The notes: generated from the sequence alone by a model not told the origin. 64,000 nt of DNA from Patescibacteria group bacterium (GCA_052034495.1 JBPOIL010000005.1:24710-88709); one strand, 5' to 3'. Shown: positions 18,161-28,787, counted from the stretch's first letter. A program made the numbers and translations.

Positions 18161-18490
18161 ATGAAAGCCGGAATTCACCCAGACATCACCAAAACCAAGG
18201 TTACGTGCCTTGGCTGCAAAACCACCTTCGACACAATGTCGACCGTAGAGAAGATGGATGTTGAGTTGTGCTCAAAATGTCATCCATTCTACACTGGTAA
18301 GCAGAAGCTGATCGACACAGCAGGACGCGTCGACCGATTCCGTGCTAAACAGGAAAAAGCCAATCCTGGAAAAGTCGTCAAAAAAGCCAAGCCAAGCGAG
18401 GAAAAAGATGCTAAAGCCAAGCTTGCAGAGATTAAAGACGAGATCGTTGAATCTACCGTCGATACAGATACTACTAAGCAAGATCAGTAA
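18161..18490 (+). CDS. rpmE: 50S ribosomal protein L31 (Zn type, C-terminal extension)
   Basis: MKAGIHP, CSKCHPFYTG, GRVDRF. Confidence 0.95.
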   Translation: MKAGIHPDITKTKVTCLGCKTTFDTMSTVEKMDVELCSKCHPFYTGKQKLIDTAGRVDRFRAKQEKANPGKVVKKAKPSEEKDAKAKLAEIKDEIVESTVDTDTTKQDQ

Positions 18491-18558
18491 TTACTCATCC
18501 AAACAGCGCTCCTTTGCTATAATGGCAGAAGCGCTGTTTTGTATTTAGGAATCAACCA

Positions 18559-19620
18559 ATGATAGACCAGTCAACCATCGACCAGCTCAATATGAGGATC
18601 AAAGAACTTAGCGAAGAGCTAAGTGATCCGGCAGTCTATGCCTCGCCACGGTCTGCCAAGCTCGTAACCGAACAGCGCGAGCTCCAAAGCAGGCTTGAGC
18701 TATTTGAGAAGGTTATCCGAACAGAACGTGAGCTCCGTGAATCACAGGACCTCCTGAACGATCCTGAGATGGCCGACCTTGCCAAAGCAGAAATCCCAGA
18801 GCTCGAGGCAACCCTAGAAAAGCTCAAATCAAAGGTTCGAGCTGCGCTCGTGCCCAAGGACCCTCATGACACCAAGGATGCCATCCTAGAAATCCGTGCT
18901 GGGGCAGGCGGCGACGAGTCGAGCCTATTTACAGGCGAGCTGGTAAGGATGTATGCCCGCTTTGCTGAACAGCATGGCCTCAAGATGTCCATCATGAATG
19001 ATAACCCGGGCACATCTGGAGGGTATAAAGAATTTATAGCCGAGGTAACGGGACCAAACGCCTATGGTGTCATGAAATACGAATCCGGAGTACATAGAGT
19101 ACAGCGTATTCCTGCGACCGAGTCGGCTGGGCGTATTCATACATCTACCGTTACCGTTGCCGTGCTCCCCGAGGCAGAGGAAAATGAAATTGAGATTGAC
19201 CCCAACGATCTACGAGTTGATGTATATCGCTCCAGCGGCAATGGCGGCCAGAGCGTGAATACAACCGACAGCGCAGTACGACTAACTCACATCCCGACCA
19301 ATACTGTAGTCACGTGCCAAGATGAAAAGTCCCAGCTCAAAAACAAGCTCAAGGCCATGAGCATACTGCGCTCCCGCCTACTTGCCGTGCAGGAAGAACA
19401 GAAACGCAAAGAACTCGGCGAGGCGAGGCTTTCCCAAATTGGTACGGGAGATAGGAGTGAAAAGATACGCACCTATAACTTCCCTCAGGACCGAGTGACC
19501 GATCATCGAATCGGCTACACCCGTCACAACCTCCCTGGATTCATGGATGGCGACATCGACGACATGCTCGAGCAGCTGCGCGAAGCAGACATCACGAAAG
19601 CCCTAGAGAGCCAACAATAA
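18559..19620 (+). CDS. prfA: Peptide chain release factor 1
   Basis: PAT motif, GGQ, DRSEKIRTYNFPQ; next to prmC. Confidence 0.96.
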   Translation: MIDQSTIDQLNMRIKELSEELSDPAVYASPRSAKLVTEQRELQSRLELFEKVIRTERELRESQDLLNDPEMADLAKAEIPELEATLEKLKSKVRAALVPKDPHDTKDAILEIRAGAGGDESSLFTGELVRMYARFAEQHGLKMSIMNDNPGTSGGYKEFIAEVTGPNAYGVMKYESGVHRVQRIPATESAGRIHTSTVTVAVLPEAEENEIEIDPNDLRVDVYRSSGNGGQSVNTTDSAVRLTHIPTNTVVTCQDEKSQLKNKLKAMSILRSRLLAVQEEQKRKELGEARLSQIGTGDRSEKIRTYNFPQDRVTDHRIGYTRHNLPGFMDGDIDDMLEQLREADITKALESQQ

Positions 19621-20424
19621 ATGAAAGTCCGTGATGCGCTGCAATCGGCACAGCGGGAACTTGAAGCCGCCCAAGTAAACTCAGTTCGCCTGGATAGCGA
19701 ACTACTCCTTTGCCATATACTCGACAAAGACCGCACCTGGCTCCTTGCCCACGACCAAGAAACGCTTACCGCAGAGCAGCTAAACCAATACCAAGAAATC
19801 ATTCGTAAACGCTCAAACCACGCACCCGTTGTGCACCTCACTAACAAGCGTGAGTTTTACGGCATTGAACTATATATCAACGACAAGGTACTCACACCCA
19901 GGGTGGAGACAGAAAAGATGGTTGATTTTGCAATTAAGCATGCGCCAAAGAACGGAAAGCTTATCGACATCGGGACTGGCAGCGGAGCTATTGCTATTGC
20001 TATTGCGAAGCACAGGCCAGACATCGATGTATTTGCTACAGAAGTCAGCCCTGAAGCCCTAGAGGTTGCCAAGAAGAACGTGAAAGACGTCGGGCTCAGC
20101 ATCCGCCTTGTGCAAGCAGACTTGTTCGATGGAGTAAACGAAAGCTTCGACGTTGTAGTTTGCAATTTGCCCTATTTGTCAGACACAGCGGACTTGATGC
20201 CGGAGGTAAAGAATGAGCCAGGAGTCGCCCTATTTGGAGGGCCAGATGGCCTTGATATATATCGCCGGTTCCTCAAGAACCTCCCGAGTCACCTTAAGCC
20301 TAATGGCTTCCTCTTCACCGAATGCGATCCGTGGCAACAAGAAGGGCTAATAGAAGAGGCTAAACGCGCGGGTCTTAAGCTTATTGAAGAAGATTACTTT
20401 ATACTCGGCTTTCAGGCCAACTAG
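19621..20424 (+). CDS. prmC: Release factor glutamine methyltransferase
   Basis: PRVETE, DIGTGSG, NLPY. Confidence 0.93.
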   Translation: MKVRDALQSAQRELEAAQVNSVRLDSELLLCHILDKDRTWLLAHDQETLTAEQLNQYQEIIRKRSNHAPVVHLTNKREFYGIELYINDKVLTPRVETEKMVDFAIKHAPKNGKLIDIGTGSGAIAIAIAKHRPDIDVFATEVSPEALEVAKKNVKDVGLSIRLVQADLFDGVNESFDVVVCNLPYLSDTADLMPEVKNEPGVALFGGPDGLDIYRRFLKNLPSHLKPNGFLFTECDPWQQEGLIEEAKRAGLKLIEEDYFILGFQAN

Positions 20425-20427
20425 GCA

Positions 20428-21633
20428 TTATTGGGCTGGTGCTTCAGCCAGCTTCACTTTCAGAACTTGCTCCTTGCCGTCACGCAGCAACGTTACTTTG
20501 ATTGTCTCGCCAACTTCGAATTTGCCGATTGTTGATGCAAGCGAATTGTTTTCATTTAAGTCTGTGTCGTTCAAGCGAATAATGACATCTCCCGCTTGGA
20601 CACCAGCCTTATCAGCCGGACTACCAGACAGTACACTACCTTCTCCAGAAATCAAAGCCCCACCGATAGCTTTGGCCAGTATATTGTTCCTTGCTGCGAT
20701 ATCCTGGGTAACTGCGACATAGCGCACCCCTAGATAGGCACGTGTAATCTTCCCGCTCTGGGCAACGGTCGCGATGTCCTTCTTGGCCTCATTAATCGGA
20801 ATGGCAAACCCTATATTTTCAGCCCCATCCCCGGCAACAGCAGTATTAATACCGATTACTTCACCAGCGATATTCACGAGTGGCCCACCAGAATTACCTG
20901 GGTTTATGGCGGCATCGGTCTGGAAGAGATTCTGCAAACTCTCGGTGCCATTACCGCCCGTAGCCGTTATTGGTCGACTCTTGCCCGATATCACGCCCGT
21001 AGTGACTGTATTCTGGAATTGGCCCAAGGCGTTGCCGATTGCAATTACTCGCTGACCCACCTGAACCTTGGAGGAATCACCTAGTTTTGCTGCGACTAAA
21101 TCCTTCGCGGCGATCTTCAGGAACGCAATGTCGTTACTTGGGTCTTTCGCGACGACCTTTGCATCACTATACTCCTTGCCGTCACTCGTTATGACCGTAA
21201 AGCTCTCGCCTCCTTCGACCACGTGTTTGTTTGTGAGGATCAAACCGTCTGACTTCAATATAATTCCTGTACCCGACGAGGCTTCCGTTTGGCTCTGGCC
21301 AAAGAAATCCACGCTGCTACTGTTGGTAGTAATACTAACGACACTCGGAGAAACCTCCTTGGCAACGCTTATGACTGCCGAGTCTTCCTTCACCAGTAAG
21401 CTCTTGCGCTCCTCTACCAGCCGCGTGGCACCACCAAGCACGCTAGACTGTAGCCAAGCCCCAAAAAAGCCTGCAACGATGCAAAGCACCACGAGGCCAA
21501 GACCCAAGTAGAACGGGCTCCTTGGCCCCTGCTTCTTTGTTTTAAGCCCCACGTTGCCACCCTTCTTTGGTAGCTTCGGTACGGCGGGGGGTACCGCTGA
21601 CGACTTAGTTTCAGTTTTTATATTGTCCTGCAT
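20428..21633 (-). CDS. htrA: HtrA/DegP serine protease with PDZ domain
   Basis: TNKHVV, DIA, QTDAAINPGNSGGPL, PDZ domain. Confidence 0.93.
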   Translation of the reverse strand: MQDNIKTETKSSAVPPAVPKLPKKGGNVGLKTKKQGPRSPFYLGLGLVVLCIVAGFFGAWLQSSVLGGATRLVEERKSLLVKEDSAVISVAKEVSPSVVSITTNSSSVDFFGQSQTEASSGTGIILKSDGLILTNKHVVEGGESFTVITSDGKEYSDAKVVAKDPSNDIAFLKIAAKDLVAAKLGDSSKVQVGQRVIAIGNALGQFQNTVTTGVISGKSRPITATGGNGTESLQNLFQTDAAINPGNSGGPLVNIAGEVIGINTAVAGDGAENIGFAIPINEAKKDIATVAQSGKITRAYLGVRYVAVTQDIAARNNILAKAIGGALISGEGSVLSGSPADKAGVQAGDVIIRLNDTDLNENNSLASTIGKFEVGETIKVTLLRDGKEQVLKVKLAEAPAQ

Positions 21634-21688
21634 AGTGCTCCTTTACTACCTATTATAGCGAAAAAACTGAAGACTGCCTTAATGAGGC

Positions 21689-22462
21689 CTAAAACCATTT
21701 CGTAGTCAGGAAGGTCGCCACGAATATAACAATAAACACAGCCATATACTCTACTGCCAGCTGAATACGCAAAGGCTTACTGCTACGACTACGGTGAATT
21801 CCTCCTAAGCTGTATGCCAGTGCGCCGATAATAATCGCTGCCTGAGCGATGATAATATTTAGTCGAGGTAACTGATATACCAGCACCCAGTGTGAATAAG
21901 CCCACACGAGCTGGGCGCTAACCAAGCCAAAAACCGAGGCATAAAGGGTGGGCGCATCATCTGCCTTACCGACCTCGATAATCCACCACAGCGCCACATA
22001 GCCTAATACAATAAATACGAGGGGCAGCACAATGAAGCTCGGGACTCGCCAATAAGCCATGCTCAATACGGCAAAGTTGACCACGAGGCCAATTTGAATC
22101 AAGGCTATTGAACTCGAAGACCAAACCGGGAGCTGCGTGCGCAGTGTAGCCAAACTAACTACGCCAAACAGGATAGTGACGACGGCGGTATACAGCACAA
22201 AAGACGGAATGTTTATACCATATATCTGGACCAAGAGCATACTATAAAGCGAAGCGGTCGCAACAAATATGAACGGCTGCAAGGACTTCGCGATCACGAC
22301 CGATCGATTACCGCCAGTGAGCAGGCGCCTCATCATAAAGAGTATTAAGCCCGCTTGAAGGAATAGCCCAACAAGCCAGTACCGGGTTAGGTAATAGAAT
22401 AGAAATATTATCAATGCCTGAAATGGCAAGGAAAAAAGTATGGTTCGCTGTGTCTTTGTCAT
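21689..22462 (-). CDS. Multi-pass membrane protein
   Basis: About eight hydrophobic helices; coupled to the LCP gene by a TAATG overlap. Confidence 0.75.
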   Translation of the reverse strand: MTKTQRTILFSLPFQALIIFLFYYLTRYWLVGLFLQAGLILFMMRRLLTGGNRSVVIAKSLQPFIFVATASLYSMLLVQIYGINIPSFVLYTAVVTILFGVVSLATLRTQLPVWSSSSIALIQIGLVVNFAVLSMAYWRVPSFIVLPLVFIVLGYVALWWIIEVGKADDAPTLYASVFGLVSAQLVWAYSHWVLVYQLPRLNIIIAQAAIIIGALAYSLGGIHRSRSSKPLRIQLAVEYMAVFIVIFVATFLTTKWF

Positions 22463-23943
22463 TAGTATAAATTGGTTGGCTTGTAGTCAGCTCCAATTGT
22501 AATGGTAATCTGTGGTTGCGTCGATACCTGGCCCGTAGTATTTGGCTGAGATGCGCCGGGAGAAGCTTGTGGAATAGACTTTGGCGCTACGCTCTGAGCT
22601 TTCGTTGCCTTTACCCCAAAACGTTTTTCTAAGTATCGCAAAGTGTAGGGGTTCTTGCCATTACTATAATCGACGATCTGTGTCTTTGCATACGTAGTGC
22701 GGTCTGCAGAGACGGTGCTTATAACGTTATAGCTGTAGCCCTTCAGTAAGTTTGTTGCGCTCAGGGCCAAGCCAGGTCGGGCCGTGCCGTTCTGCACCTC
22801 AATCGGTGCGTTCTCTTGCTTGATATACCCATCCACAAATATGGACTTAACAAACTTCTGAATCTGAGTATAGTTGCCTATTCCAGCAGCAGGCACAACC
22901 ACGCTAGCCCCGCCAATGTTTGCTGTGCGGACCAAATTTGTACCCTTGGCCTCATCATTATCCAGGACCGCATTAACCATCTTGGTGCTATCCACCTTCT
23001 TACTTATATCGATAAGGCGCTGGATTTCCCCTATTTGTAAATCGAGGCGGATGTTATCCCCTACGGTATCAATCAGGCCAGAGAGCTTGGCCGGGTCCAG
23101 TAGCGTCTTTGCGCTAAGGGCCTTAGCCTTAAGCGCAACTAAAACCTGCTGTTGCCGCTGTGCGCGACCAAAATCATCGCCACAATTACCCTTACGGCAC
23201 CTGACGTACTTGAGTGCAGTTGCTCCGTCCATTTTTTGTACGCCAGCTTTCAACTTAAAACCACATGACAGATTGGGGTTCTTCTCGCAGGGGTATTCGA
23301 TGTCGTATAGTGCCTGCTTGACGTCAATGGTGACGCCGCCAACAGAATCAACCGCCTGCTTAAAGGCCGTGAAGTCCGTTCTAAAAAAATAGTGGATTGG
23401 TACGCCGAGCGCAGAACTAACTACCTTCTTTGCCATATCCGGTCCGCCGTCTTTTTTAAGCTGTTCTCCATAGGCATGCGCTGCATTGATCTTGCTATAA
23501 CCAAACCCAGGTACATTCACCCATAGGTCTCTTGGGATGCCAAGCATGGCAACATCGTTCGTCTGAGGGTCAATGCTCAAGACCATCATGGTGTCACTCA
23601 GTTTTGCACCCGAATGCGTATTGTCTCCAACCCCTAACAATAAGATGTTTATGCGCCCTTCGCCCTCACCCTTCAGTTGTGACAGTTGCAGTTTACCCTT
23701 CAGCCCAGCAGCGCTAACCCCGGTGTTCCGTTGGATGACCTTACCCAGAGAAAGATAGCTTTTTGCAGCAAACGCACTGCCACCAGCGAGCAGTACGAGA
23801 GCCAGAATAATTACTGCACTACGGAACCTATGTTTACCCTTAACTTTACGGCTCTTTGGGTCGTAAATAAAAGCCGGGTCGCCACCTCCACTGTTGCGAC
23901 TCGATGAAACACTCACCCCCTTTGTAGTTTTCTTCAGGCCCAT
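22462..23943 (-). CDS. LCP (LytR-CpsA-Psr) family protein with LytR_C domain
   Basis: NILLLG, SDTMM, IPRD, KINAA, DFGRAQRQ, VQNGT..PGLA. Confidence 0.92.
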   Translation of the reverse strand: MGLKKTTKGVSVSSSRNSGGGDPAFIYDPKSRKVKGKHRFRSAVIILALVLLAGGSAFAAKSYLSLGKVIQRNTGVSAAGLKGKLQLSQLKGEGEGRINILLLGVGDNTHSGAKLSDTMMVLSIDPQTNDVAMLGIPRDLWVNVPGFGYSKINAAHAYGEQLKKDGGPDMAKKVVSSALGVPIHYFFRTDFTAFKQAVDSVGGVTIDVKQALYDIEYPCEKNPNLSCGFKLKAGVQKMDGATALKYVRCRKGNCGDDFGRAQRQQQVLVALKAKALSAKTLLDPAKLSGLIDTVGDNIRLDLQIGEIQRLIDISKKVDSTKMVNAVLDNDEAKGTNLVRTANIGGASVVVPAAGIGNYTQIQKFVKSIFVDGYIKQENAPIEVQNGTARPGLALSATNLLKGYSYNVISTVSADRTTYAKTQIVDYSNGKNPYTLRYLEKRFGVKATKAQSVAPKSIPQASPGASQPNTTGQVSTQPQITITIGADYKPTNLY

Positions 23944-24018
23944 TTAGGCTATTATAATGGCTCGAGACTGCTTTCGTAAAGCTTATGGCTCTTCCAATAC
24001 CCCTTATGCCCAGCTATA

Positions 24019-24873
24019 ATGATGAGCATGCAACAAGACCCGCACAACAGCACTGAGCCAGTAGCTCCTAGCCTTCACCCAGGGACCACGCCCCCTCAGC
24101 CCCAGCACAACCACGCTGTGCCGCCGGCTAGCCCTCATGCTCCTGCGGCAGCTCAAGCCGCGCCGGCGCTGGCAGACAAACCACAAACTCACCCCAAGCT
24201 TGCTCCACCCCTAAAGCCAGCTGCACAGCAAGAAGAAGACCAGACCGACGCGAGCGAAGAGGAGTTCGAAGAAGAACGAGCACCGAGCGCAATACTTGGA
24301 GTCCTAAAAACGATATTCAGCTGGATCGTTCTGCCGGGACTTATAGTTTTATTCCTGCATAGCTTCGTCTTCCAGGCCTTCTACGTTTCCGGTAGCAGTA
24401 TGAACCCGGGCTTTCAAGACGGCGACTATCTTATTATCGACAAGGTTGGCTTTACCCTAACTACAATCAAAGCCGGCCTAGGCATGGACACGAGCTTAGA
24501 TCTAAAGCGAGGAGACGTGCTGGTGTTCCGCTACCCAAATAGTCCTGGCACCTTCTTTATCAAGCGCCTTATAGGGCTGCCCGGCGAACGTGTGGTACTG
24601 AAGAATGGAAAGTTCACTATATATAACGATGCTAACCCCGATGGCCTAGAGCTCAACGAGCCCTACATTGACCAGTCACTAACAACTCAGGGTGAAATTG
24701 ACGAGGTAGTAGAAGAAGGAAAATACTTTGTCGTTGGAGATAATAGGGCGCCGAACGGCAGCTTTGATTCACGGGAGTGGGGGCAGCTACCGAGGTTTGA
24801 TATCGTAGGGGTCGCCACAGCCCGCCTCTTGCCTATTAACGAGCTCGGTCCGCTTAAGCACCCTACGTACTAG
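24019..24873 (+). CDS. lepB: Signal peptidase I with Pro-rich N-terminus
   Basis: GSSMNP, RGD, IKR.IGLPGE, GDNR...SFDSR.WG. Confidence 0.92.
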   Translation: MMSMQQDPHNSTEPVAPSLHPGTTPPQPQHNHAVPPASPHAPAAAQAAPALADKPQTHPKLAPPLKPAAQQEEDQTDASEEEFEEERAPSAILGVLKTIFSWIVLPGLIVLFLHSFVFQAFYVSGSSMNPGFQDGDYLIIDKVGFTLTTIKAGLGMDTSLDLKRGDVLVFRYPNSPGTFFIKRLIGLPGERVVLKNGKFTIYNDANPDGLELNEPYIDQSLTTQGEIDEVVEEGKYFVVGDNRAPNGSFDSREWGQLPRFDIVGVATARLLPINELGPLKHPTY

Positions 24874-25717
24874 ACTGAGCAGAGGTAAATTCGATGTAAT
24901 CCCAGAACTGTGGCCAGGTTTTGCCTACACAGCCCGGGTCTACGAATTCGGCTTTCTGCCTTCCAGACATGGCGAGCGCCTGGACGACGCGATGATCGTG
25001 AGAGTCGACAACCCTGGCATCCAGTAAGCGCTCCATTTCAGCAATCCGGTCGCTCTCATGTTGCCTCAGGCTTGGCCAACGTCTTTCTCCTTCCCTTGCA
25101 CTAATGAGCCCGAATGCCCTGGCAAAGCAATAGTCCTCTGCCTGAATTGGGGCAAAGTTCATTACCCCACTTTCTCGGTAGGATTCATATGCGCGTGCTT
25201 GTCGAGCAATTGTGCCATCCTTCCGAGGTACCCAGTCCAAACCCCTATCAATCCGTTGGCGCCAATGCTCTTTTGCTTCGAATGTCATCTCTAAATGGTA
25301 TGGTAAAGCCCCGGAGGGGCATTGTACGTCCGTGAATAGTACAGCCGCACTCGCCCACTGTGATGTATGCGCATCAAGCTGAAGCAATTCGTCAATGGGC
25401 ATCTCCACGACCGAGCCGTCGACCGTTAACTTTCGGCCCTGCAGAGTGCCTTCTGTCTTGAACTCCATATTCATTGAAAACTTCCAATTAGCAAACATCA
25501 GAAAGCGATACAGAGTACCTGATTCGCCCACATTTATCTCGGCACCCTTGTGCCAAGATTTTGCCGCACGCAAAAGTGCTTCGAGGTCGGTCCCAATAGA
25601 CCCGGCTGGACAAGATCCCAACTCGTCAGCTATCTGACTTCTACCGTGAACAATATCTAGAACGCCCATGCGGATAAGCCAAGACTTCTCTAGCGGAATA
25701 AAGTCATCCGAACTCAC
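24863..25717 (-). CDS. Miniature EPSP-synthase (AroA)-like enolpyruvyl transferase, 284 aa
   Basis: P..KS...R, GESGT..R, TSQ, HESDR, DHR and KTWP.F motifs in AroA order. Confidence 0.7.
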   Translation of the reverse strand: MSSDDFIPLEKSWLIRMGVLDIVHGRSQIADELGSCPAGSIGTDLEALLRAAKSWHKGAEINVGESGTLYRFLMFANWKFSMNMEFKTEGTLQGRKLTVDGSVVEMPIDELLQLDAHTSQWASAAVLFTDVQCPSGALPYHLEMTFEAKEHWRQRIDRGLDWVPRKDGTIARQARAYESYRESGVMNFAPIQAEDYCFARAFGLISAREGERRWPSLRQHESDRIAEMERLLDARVVDSHDHRVVQALAMSGRQKAEFVDPGCVGKTWPQFWDYIEFTSAQSST

Positions 25718-25723
25718 ACCTAA

Positions 25724-26620
25724 CTACTCGCCGAGAATCTGATGGTATAAACGACCAAGTTCTTCGTCGGAATAGAATTCAATTACGAGCTTACCGCCCT
25801 TGGCGGTCTTGTGAACATCAACCTTGGTGCCAAGGTATTTACCCAAGTCGGCAGTGAGCTGGGCATTATACGTCTGTTTCTCTACAACCTTCTTGACGGC
25901 CTCCTTGCCTTCTTTCTTAAAGTTACGGGCCAGCTCTTCGGCTTGACGCACATTCAGTCCACCCTTAATAATCATATCCAAGAATAACAGCTGGTCTTCA
26001 GGGTCTGTTACAGCAAGGATCTGTCTGGCATGCCCTTCGGTAATGACACCGTCATTGAGCGCCTGCTTGGCCTCGTGGGGCAGATTGAGCAGCCTCATAA
26101 TGTTACCCACGGTGGATACAGCCTTACCCACGCGCTGAGATATCTGCTCTAGCGTCATACTAAACTGGTCTGCCAACTTAGCGTAGGCGCTTGCCAGCTC
26201 GAGAGCATTGAGCTCACTTCGCTGAATGTTTTCTATCAAAGCGACTTCTAGCTGCTCCTGCTGCGAAAAACTTCGCACAATTGCAGGCACCGTCTTGAGA
26301 CCAACTAACTTAGCGGCGCGCAATCTACGTTCACCGGCAATGAGCTGGTAAGTGCCGCCTTCGCGCACAACCACCAACGGCTGAACAATCCCGTGCTCCT
26401 TGATCGACTGGGCCAACTCTCCCAGCTGCTCATCGGAAAAGTTCGAGCGGGGCTGATTTGGGTTGGGAACGATGTCGTTAACACCTAGGTCTTCGACGCG
26501 CGCGCCCTCCTTAACCAACTCCTTCGGCATAGAAGGCGCTGCGAACTCATCGATGTCCGTAGGTATCAGACTATCCAAGCCTCGACCTAAACGGCTGCTT
26601 CCCTGATTACTTGCTGACAC
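25724..26620 (-). CDS. parB: ParB/Spo0J partition protein
   Basis: LGRGLDSL, NPNQPR, IAGERRLRA, ENIQR. Confidence 0.95.
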   Translation of the reverse strand: MSASNQGSSRLGRGLDSLIPTDIDEFAAPSMPKELVKEGARVEDLGVNDIVPNPNQPRSNFSDEQLGELAQSIKEHGIVQPLVVVREGGTYQLIAGERRLRAAKLVGLKTVPAIVRSFSQQEQLEVALIENIQRSELNALELASAYAKLADQFSMTLEQISQRVGKAVSTVGNIMRLLNLPHEAKQALNDGVITEGHARQILAVTDPEDQLLFLDMIIKGGLNVRQAEELARNFKKEGKEAVKKVVEKQTYNAQLTADLGKYLGTKVDVHKTAKGGKLVIEFYSDEELGRLYHQILGE

Positions 26621-27368
26621 GTTGCATTACCTCCTTGGCTAACTTTTTATAACTCTGAGCGCCCTTTGAAAACCGATCGTATTGACTAATCGGCCGACCA
26701 TGGCTTGGCGCCTCTGCTAACCTAATATTACGCGGAATTATCGTATCAAACAATGTATCTGGAAAGTGATGTTTGAGTTCCTTTTGTACCTGGGTGGCCA
26801 GGCTGGTGCGGGACGAATGCATAGTAATCACTACACCAAGCAGGGTCAGCTGTGGATTAAGACCCTGTCGAACACGCTTAACAGTAGCCAATAGTTGCCC
26901 AAGGCCTTCAAGGGCGTAGAACTCGGATTGAACGGGGATGAGTAGGTGGGTAGCCGCCACAAGGCCATTTAGAGTTAATAAGCCAAGGGATGGCGGGCAG
27001 TCAATCAGTATATAGTCGTATTCCAAATTCCCGAGAGCCTTCCGTAATTGGTATTCGCGCTGTTGTATGTTCGACAGTTCTAGCTCGGCGGCAGCCAAGA
27101 CAGAGTTGGCGGGCAAAACATCCAACTTCGGTACACCGGTGGGCTGAATAGCGCTTATTGCTGGTGCGTCTTCTACCAGCACATTGTACGCGGTTGAAGG
27201 TAGCTGGTTCTTAGCTATCGCCAGCCCGCTCGAACTATTGCCCTGGGGGTCAAGATCAACTATCAGAACCTTTTGCCCTTGCTTTGCCAAATAAGCGCCC
27301 AGGTTGATACTGGTCGTGGTTTTCCCTACCCCGCCTTTTTGATTGGCTATAGCAATAATATGAGACAC
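26607..27368 (-). CDS. parA: ParA/Soj ATPase
   Basis: NQKGGVGKTT, DLDPQGN, DCPPSLG; GTG start after AAGGAGG. Confidence 0.95.
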   Translation of the reverse strand: MSHIIAIANQKGGVGKTTTSINLGAYLAKQGQKVLIVDLDPQGNSSSGLAIAKNQLPSTAYNVLVEDAPAISAIQPTGVPKLDVLPANSVLAAAELELSNIQQREYQLRKALGNLEYDYILIDCPPSLGLLTLNGLVAATHLLIPVQSEFYALEGLGQLLATVKRVRQGLNPQLTLLGVVITMHSSRTSLATQVQKELKHHFPDTLFDTIIPRNIRLAEAPSHGRPISQYDRFSKGAQSYKKLAKEVMQRVSK

Positions 27369-27504
27369 TTCACCCTCCTTTGTCTTACCTATTCTAGCAT
27401 GCATCAACAGATACAGCCAGCCAATTTCATCGTCCCCAAGGCGTTTACAAACACTACTGAATCTGCTAAGATTGTTTATTGACTAACAAAAAACGAGGAA
27501 TCAT

Positions 27505-27810
27505 ATGATTGCAGTAATTGAAGCTGGCTCAAAGCAGTACATTGTAGAAAAGGGTCAAAAGATCCAGACCGAACTTCTTGGCGACGAGAAGGCTGTTGAG
27601 TTTAAGCCACTCATGATTATTGATGGAGATAACGTACAGGTTGGCAAGCCGGTTCTAGAAAACGCCGTGGTTAAAGCCACCGTTGCCGAAGATCAAGTTA
27701 AGGGCAAAAAAGTTGTTATCTTGAAATACAAAGCCAAGAAGCGACAAAGCACCAAGACTGGTCATCGCCAAAAGTACGCCGAGCTCACTATCACTGACAT
27801 CAAGGCCTAA
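27505..27810 (+). CDS. rplU: 50S ribosomal protein L21
   Basis: AVIEAGSKQY, GHRQ. Confidence 0.95.
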   Translation: MIAVIEAGSKQYIVEKGQKIQTELLGDEKAVEFKPLMIIDGDNVQVGKPVLENAVVKATVAEDQVKGKKVVILKYKAKKRQSTKTGHRQKYAELTITDIKA

Positions 27811-27863
27811 AACATCTCCGTCCAATACTCAGGACGGTTTTTGTTTTGATGTAAAATAGCACT

Positions 27864-28391
27864 ATGCAAGCCCTCCTTATCTCTTTTCTAGCCACAAACC
27901 TCACTCACGGCTACCTACTGCTCCGCCACCGCGGCAAGGGCAGGCCCACAATCAGCGAGCGTGCCGTTGAAGACGACCTATCGCTTTCCATATATGTCGC
28001 CGCCCACTTCATTGGCGGGCTCGCTTTCGCCGTCTTCAGCTACGGACTGTTCTACATCTACTACGATAGTGAAATCCTCTTTTCCCTAGCCATTGCAGGC
28101 ATCATAACCGAGTGGCTACAAGCGGTTGTACCGGCGAGGGGCAGGTACCTGCCAGCTCACACAGCGCTCGCATACGTCATGAGCTTCTTTGTGGTTGCCA
28201 TGGGGGTCGTCGCCATCTTCACACTATCACTGCCGAGCCAGGCTAGGCTTGCACTCATCATTACCGAGGCCATTATCATCGCAGGGTACCCGGTCTCTGG
28301 GGTCTTACCTTATAAATACTTTTGGACTATTCAGCTGTTCAATACGAATTTATTCTACTTGCAAATGTATCTATTACTGCTAGCTTCATAA
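27864..28391 (+). CDS. Hypothetical multi-TM membrane protein
   Basis: Five to six hydrophobic segments; leaderless promoter. Confidence 0.7.
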   Translation: MQALLISFLATNLTHGYLLLRHRGKGRPTISERAVEDDLSLSIYVAAHFIGGLAFAVFSYGLFYIYYDSEILFSLAIAGIITEWLQAVVPARGRYLPAHTALAYVMSFFVVAMGVVAIFTLSLPSQARLALIITEAIIIAGYPVSGVLPYKYFWTIQLFNTNLFYLQMYLLLLAS

Positions 28392-28787
28392 AGAGTCGAA
28401 CACATCTTCGATTGTGTCCTTGTGTAAAACTGCGGGGTGCAAATAGAAGACCGAGAGATGGTTCATGGGGCCGATGATATAGACCTTCGTCTTACCGCCT
28501 AATTGCTGGGCTGCGAGGGCGGCACCGAGCTCTACATACATTCCCTTGCCAACTGTCGCGTTACTGCTCACGAGTACATAAACATCTGCATCAAGTACTC
28601 CCTGGATGTCATTAGACGCGCGTAAACCTGACTCGGCAACATCATTCAGCTTGTCTGTAGTGCTCCCCAAAAATGCATCGGTCTTGGTCCAATCGTGAGT
28701 AACCTTGTGGCCTGAGGCAACAATCTTGCGCATCACCGCGCGAACATTCTCTATGTCATCGATTCGGCCTGAAACAAAGAAGTTCAT
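28386..28787 (-). CDS. Nucleoside 2-deoxyribosyltransferase-like protein
   Basis: DW, DIQGVLDADV, GKGMYVELGAA; ATGA overlap with the upstream gene. Confidence 0.75.
   Translation of the reverse strand: MNFFVSGRIDDIENVRAVMRKIVASGHKVTHDWTKTDAFLGSTTDKLNDVAESGLRASNDIQGVLDADVYVLVSSNATVGKGMYVELGAALAAQQLGGKTKVYIIGPMNHLSVFYLHPAVLHKDTIEDVFDSL

Noticed and set aside
27400-27500. oriC near parAB
   Set aside because: No cluster of TTATCCACA boxes; the intergenic gap is short.
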